Assembly: GCF_036321535.1 (NCBI RefSeq)
Contig: NC_087437.1
Coordinates: 56,670,001 to 56,734,000 of the forward strand
DNA length: 64,000 nt
Direction of reading: 5' to 3'
Source of the DNA: Camelus dromedarius
Lineage: Eukaryota
A program made the position numbers and the translations under genes. Below, piece after piece: positions 62,874-64,000 of this stretch; position 1 is the first letter of the stretch; each line of letters starts with the position of its first letter. The notes below the pieces were generated by a model, which searched no databases, was not told the origin of the DNA, and saw nothing but the letters and a program-made list of their open reading frames with translations.

Positions 62874-64000
62874 ATCAACCACATAAATTTACGTACAACA
62901 ATACAATATGATATGCTTTTTTCACATGCAGGGTCTTCACTGATTCTCACAACACTTTCTGGAGTAGGAAGAACAGGTAATAATTGTTGATGAGAACACT
63001 AATGGATACAATGTTCTTTCTTCTTCTAGGTCCTATGATCTGATAACAACCTACTGAGTAAGGGCTCAAAATTAGATTGTCTTACTTCTGCCTCAACTTT
63101 TTAATACATAGAGCTGGCTCTAATCCCACTGGCACCTCACTCTTATCAGACTATATCAGCAGCTTAACTTTGGATGCTACTCAAGAAGGAACAAGAGACA
63201 CATCGGGGAACTACACTCACTCACCTGTGTCCTTTATTTCAAATTGATGCTGCTGGCTTAATCTCCCTCCTTCTCTCCCATCTTCCTTTCCTTTCATTCA
63301 CAAATATTTATTTTGAATTTATATAATGAGCCAAACTAGAGATACAGCAATGAACACAACAAAGTTCCTCCCTAATAGAATGTATAAACTTAGACTTATA
63401 AGAACTCAGTCAACTGATAAATGCATAATGTACATACCTTAACTTTCAGAGCCTGCTGGAACTTGAGTCTAGTGGTAGGTCTAGAAGCAAACAGAGGTGG
63501 GGATTCTGAAAAGAATCAACAGAGCTTTGCAATTTAGGGAAAGCCATTGGGGCTTCTTTAGGCAAATCAGTTTAATCTTCTTAGACGTGAATGTAATGGA
63601 AACGTCTACTGGCAAAGAGGGCTCATCAGAACGTATAGGTTATTGTTTCCAGCTTCATCGGGAACTTCCCGCAAGTCTGCATTCCTGTTTTTAGGATCCC
63701 ATTTTATTCCAATCAATACCCTTATTTTAACAGTAGAGCTCTGTGAAGTGGAGAATTCAATTTGCATTATAATTCAGCCACTCTCAGGATGAGGCTCTGG
63801 GTTTGGTTTTCAACAGTTTCAGCTCTGTCACTAAAGGAGATAAGGGTTTCTTTCAGGGCAAGCCTAGAAACTTTCAGGTCATTTATGATGTGCTCAAGCT
63901 GATAATTTGAATCCTGAGCTTATCCTTTTCTTTCCCCACTGTGTCCAGCACAATAGGAGTAAACAACCAATCTCATTATACTCATTAGTTTGGCAAAAAA

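Noticed and set aside
1..64000. The short ORFs in the six-frame track as genes
   Set aside because: All are 134 aa or shorter, many start at non-ATG codons, they overlap on both strands, and the only recognisable ones are L1 ORF2 or ERV-L RT debris. No multi-exon coding chain could be assembled.
1..64000. A novel multi-gene system (CRISPR-like array, defence island, operon)
   Set aside because: No regularly spaced repeat-spacer array, no gene-dense segment and no compositionally foreign block; the window reads as ordinary mammalian non-coding DNA.

Overview
AT-rich, CpG-depleted placental-mammal genomic DNA, most likely a camelid (camel/alpaca/llama lineage). Two tRNA-derived SINEs resemble the camelid vic-1 type, and I saw no Alu, Bov-tA/BovB, PRE-1 or Can-SINE copies. 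The window is intergenic or deep-intronic. I can support no host protein-coding gene, RNA gene or CRISPR-type locus; the ORF track is chance ORFs plus decayed LINE-1 ORF2 and ERV-L pol fragments. A large share of the window is old interspersed repeat: a ~4.3 kb dead L1 (37.76-42.04 kb), many L1 fragments, a partial ERV-L provirus (56.3-58.4 kb, minus), solo MaLR/ERV-L/ERV1 LTRs, MIR and L2 remnants, and microsatellites. Between them lie several repeat-free islands rich in transcription-factor motifs that look like candidate enhancers. I did not find a convincing new biological system. The most interesting signals are small: nested insertions with readable target-site duplications, a possible micro twin-priming junction, an L1 lacking ORF1, a locally templated insertion, a near-perfect 50-bp tandem duplication in an enhancer-like island, and two orphan exon-like segments. 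Repeat family names come from recalled consensus sequences, not a database search, and boundaries without a TSD are approximate.
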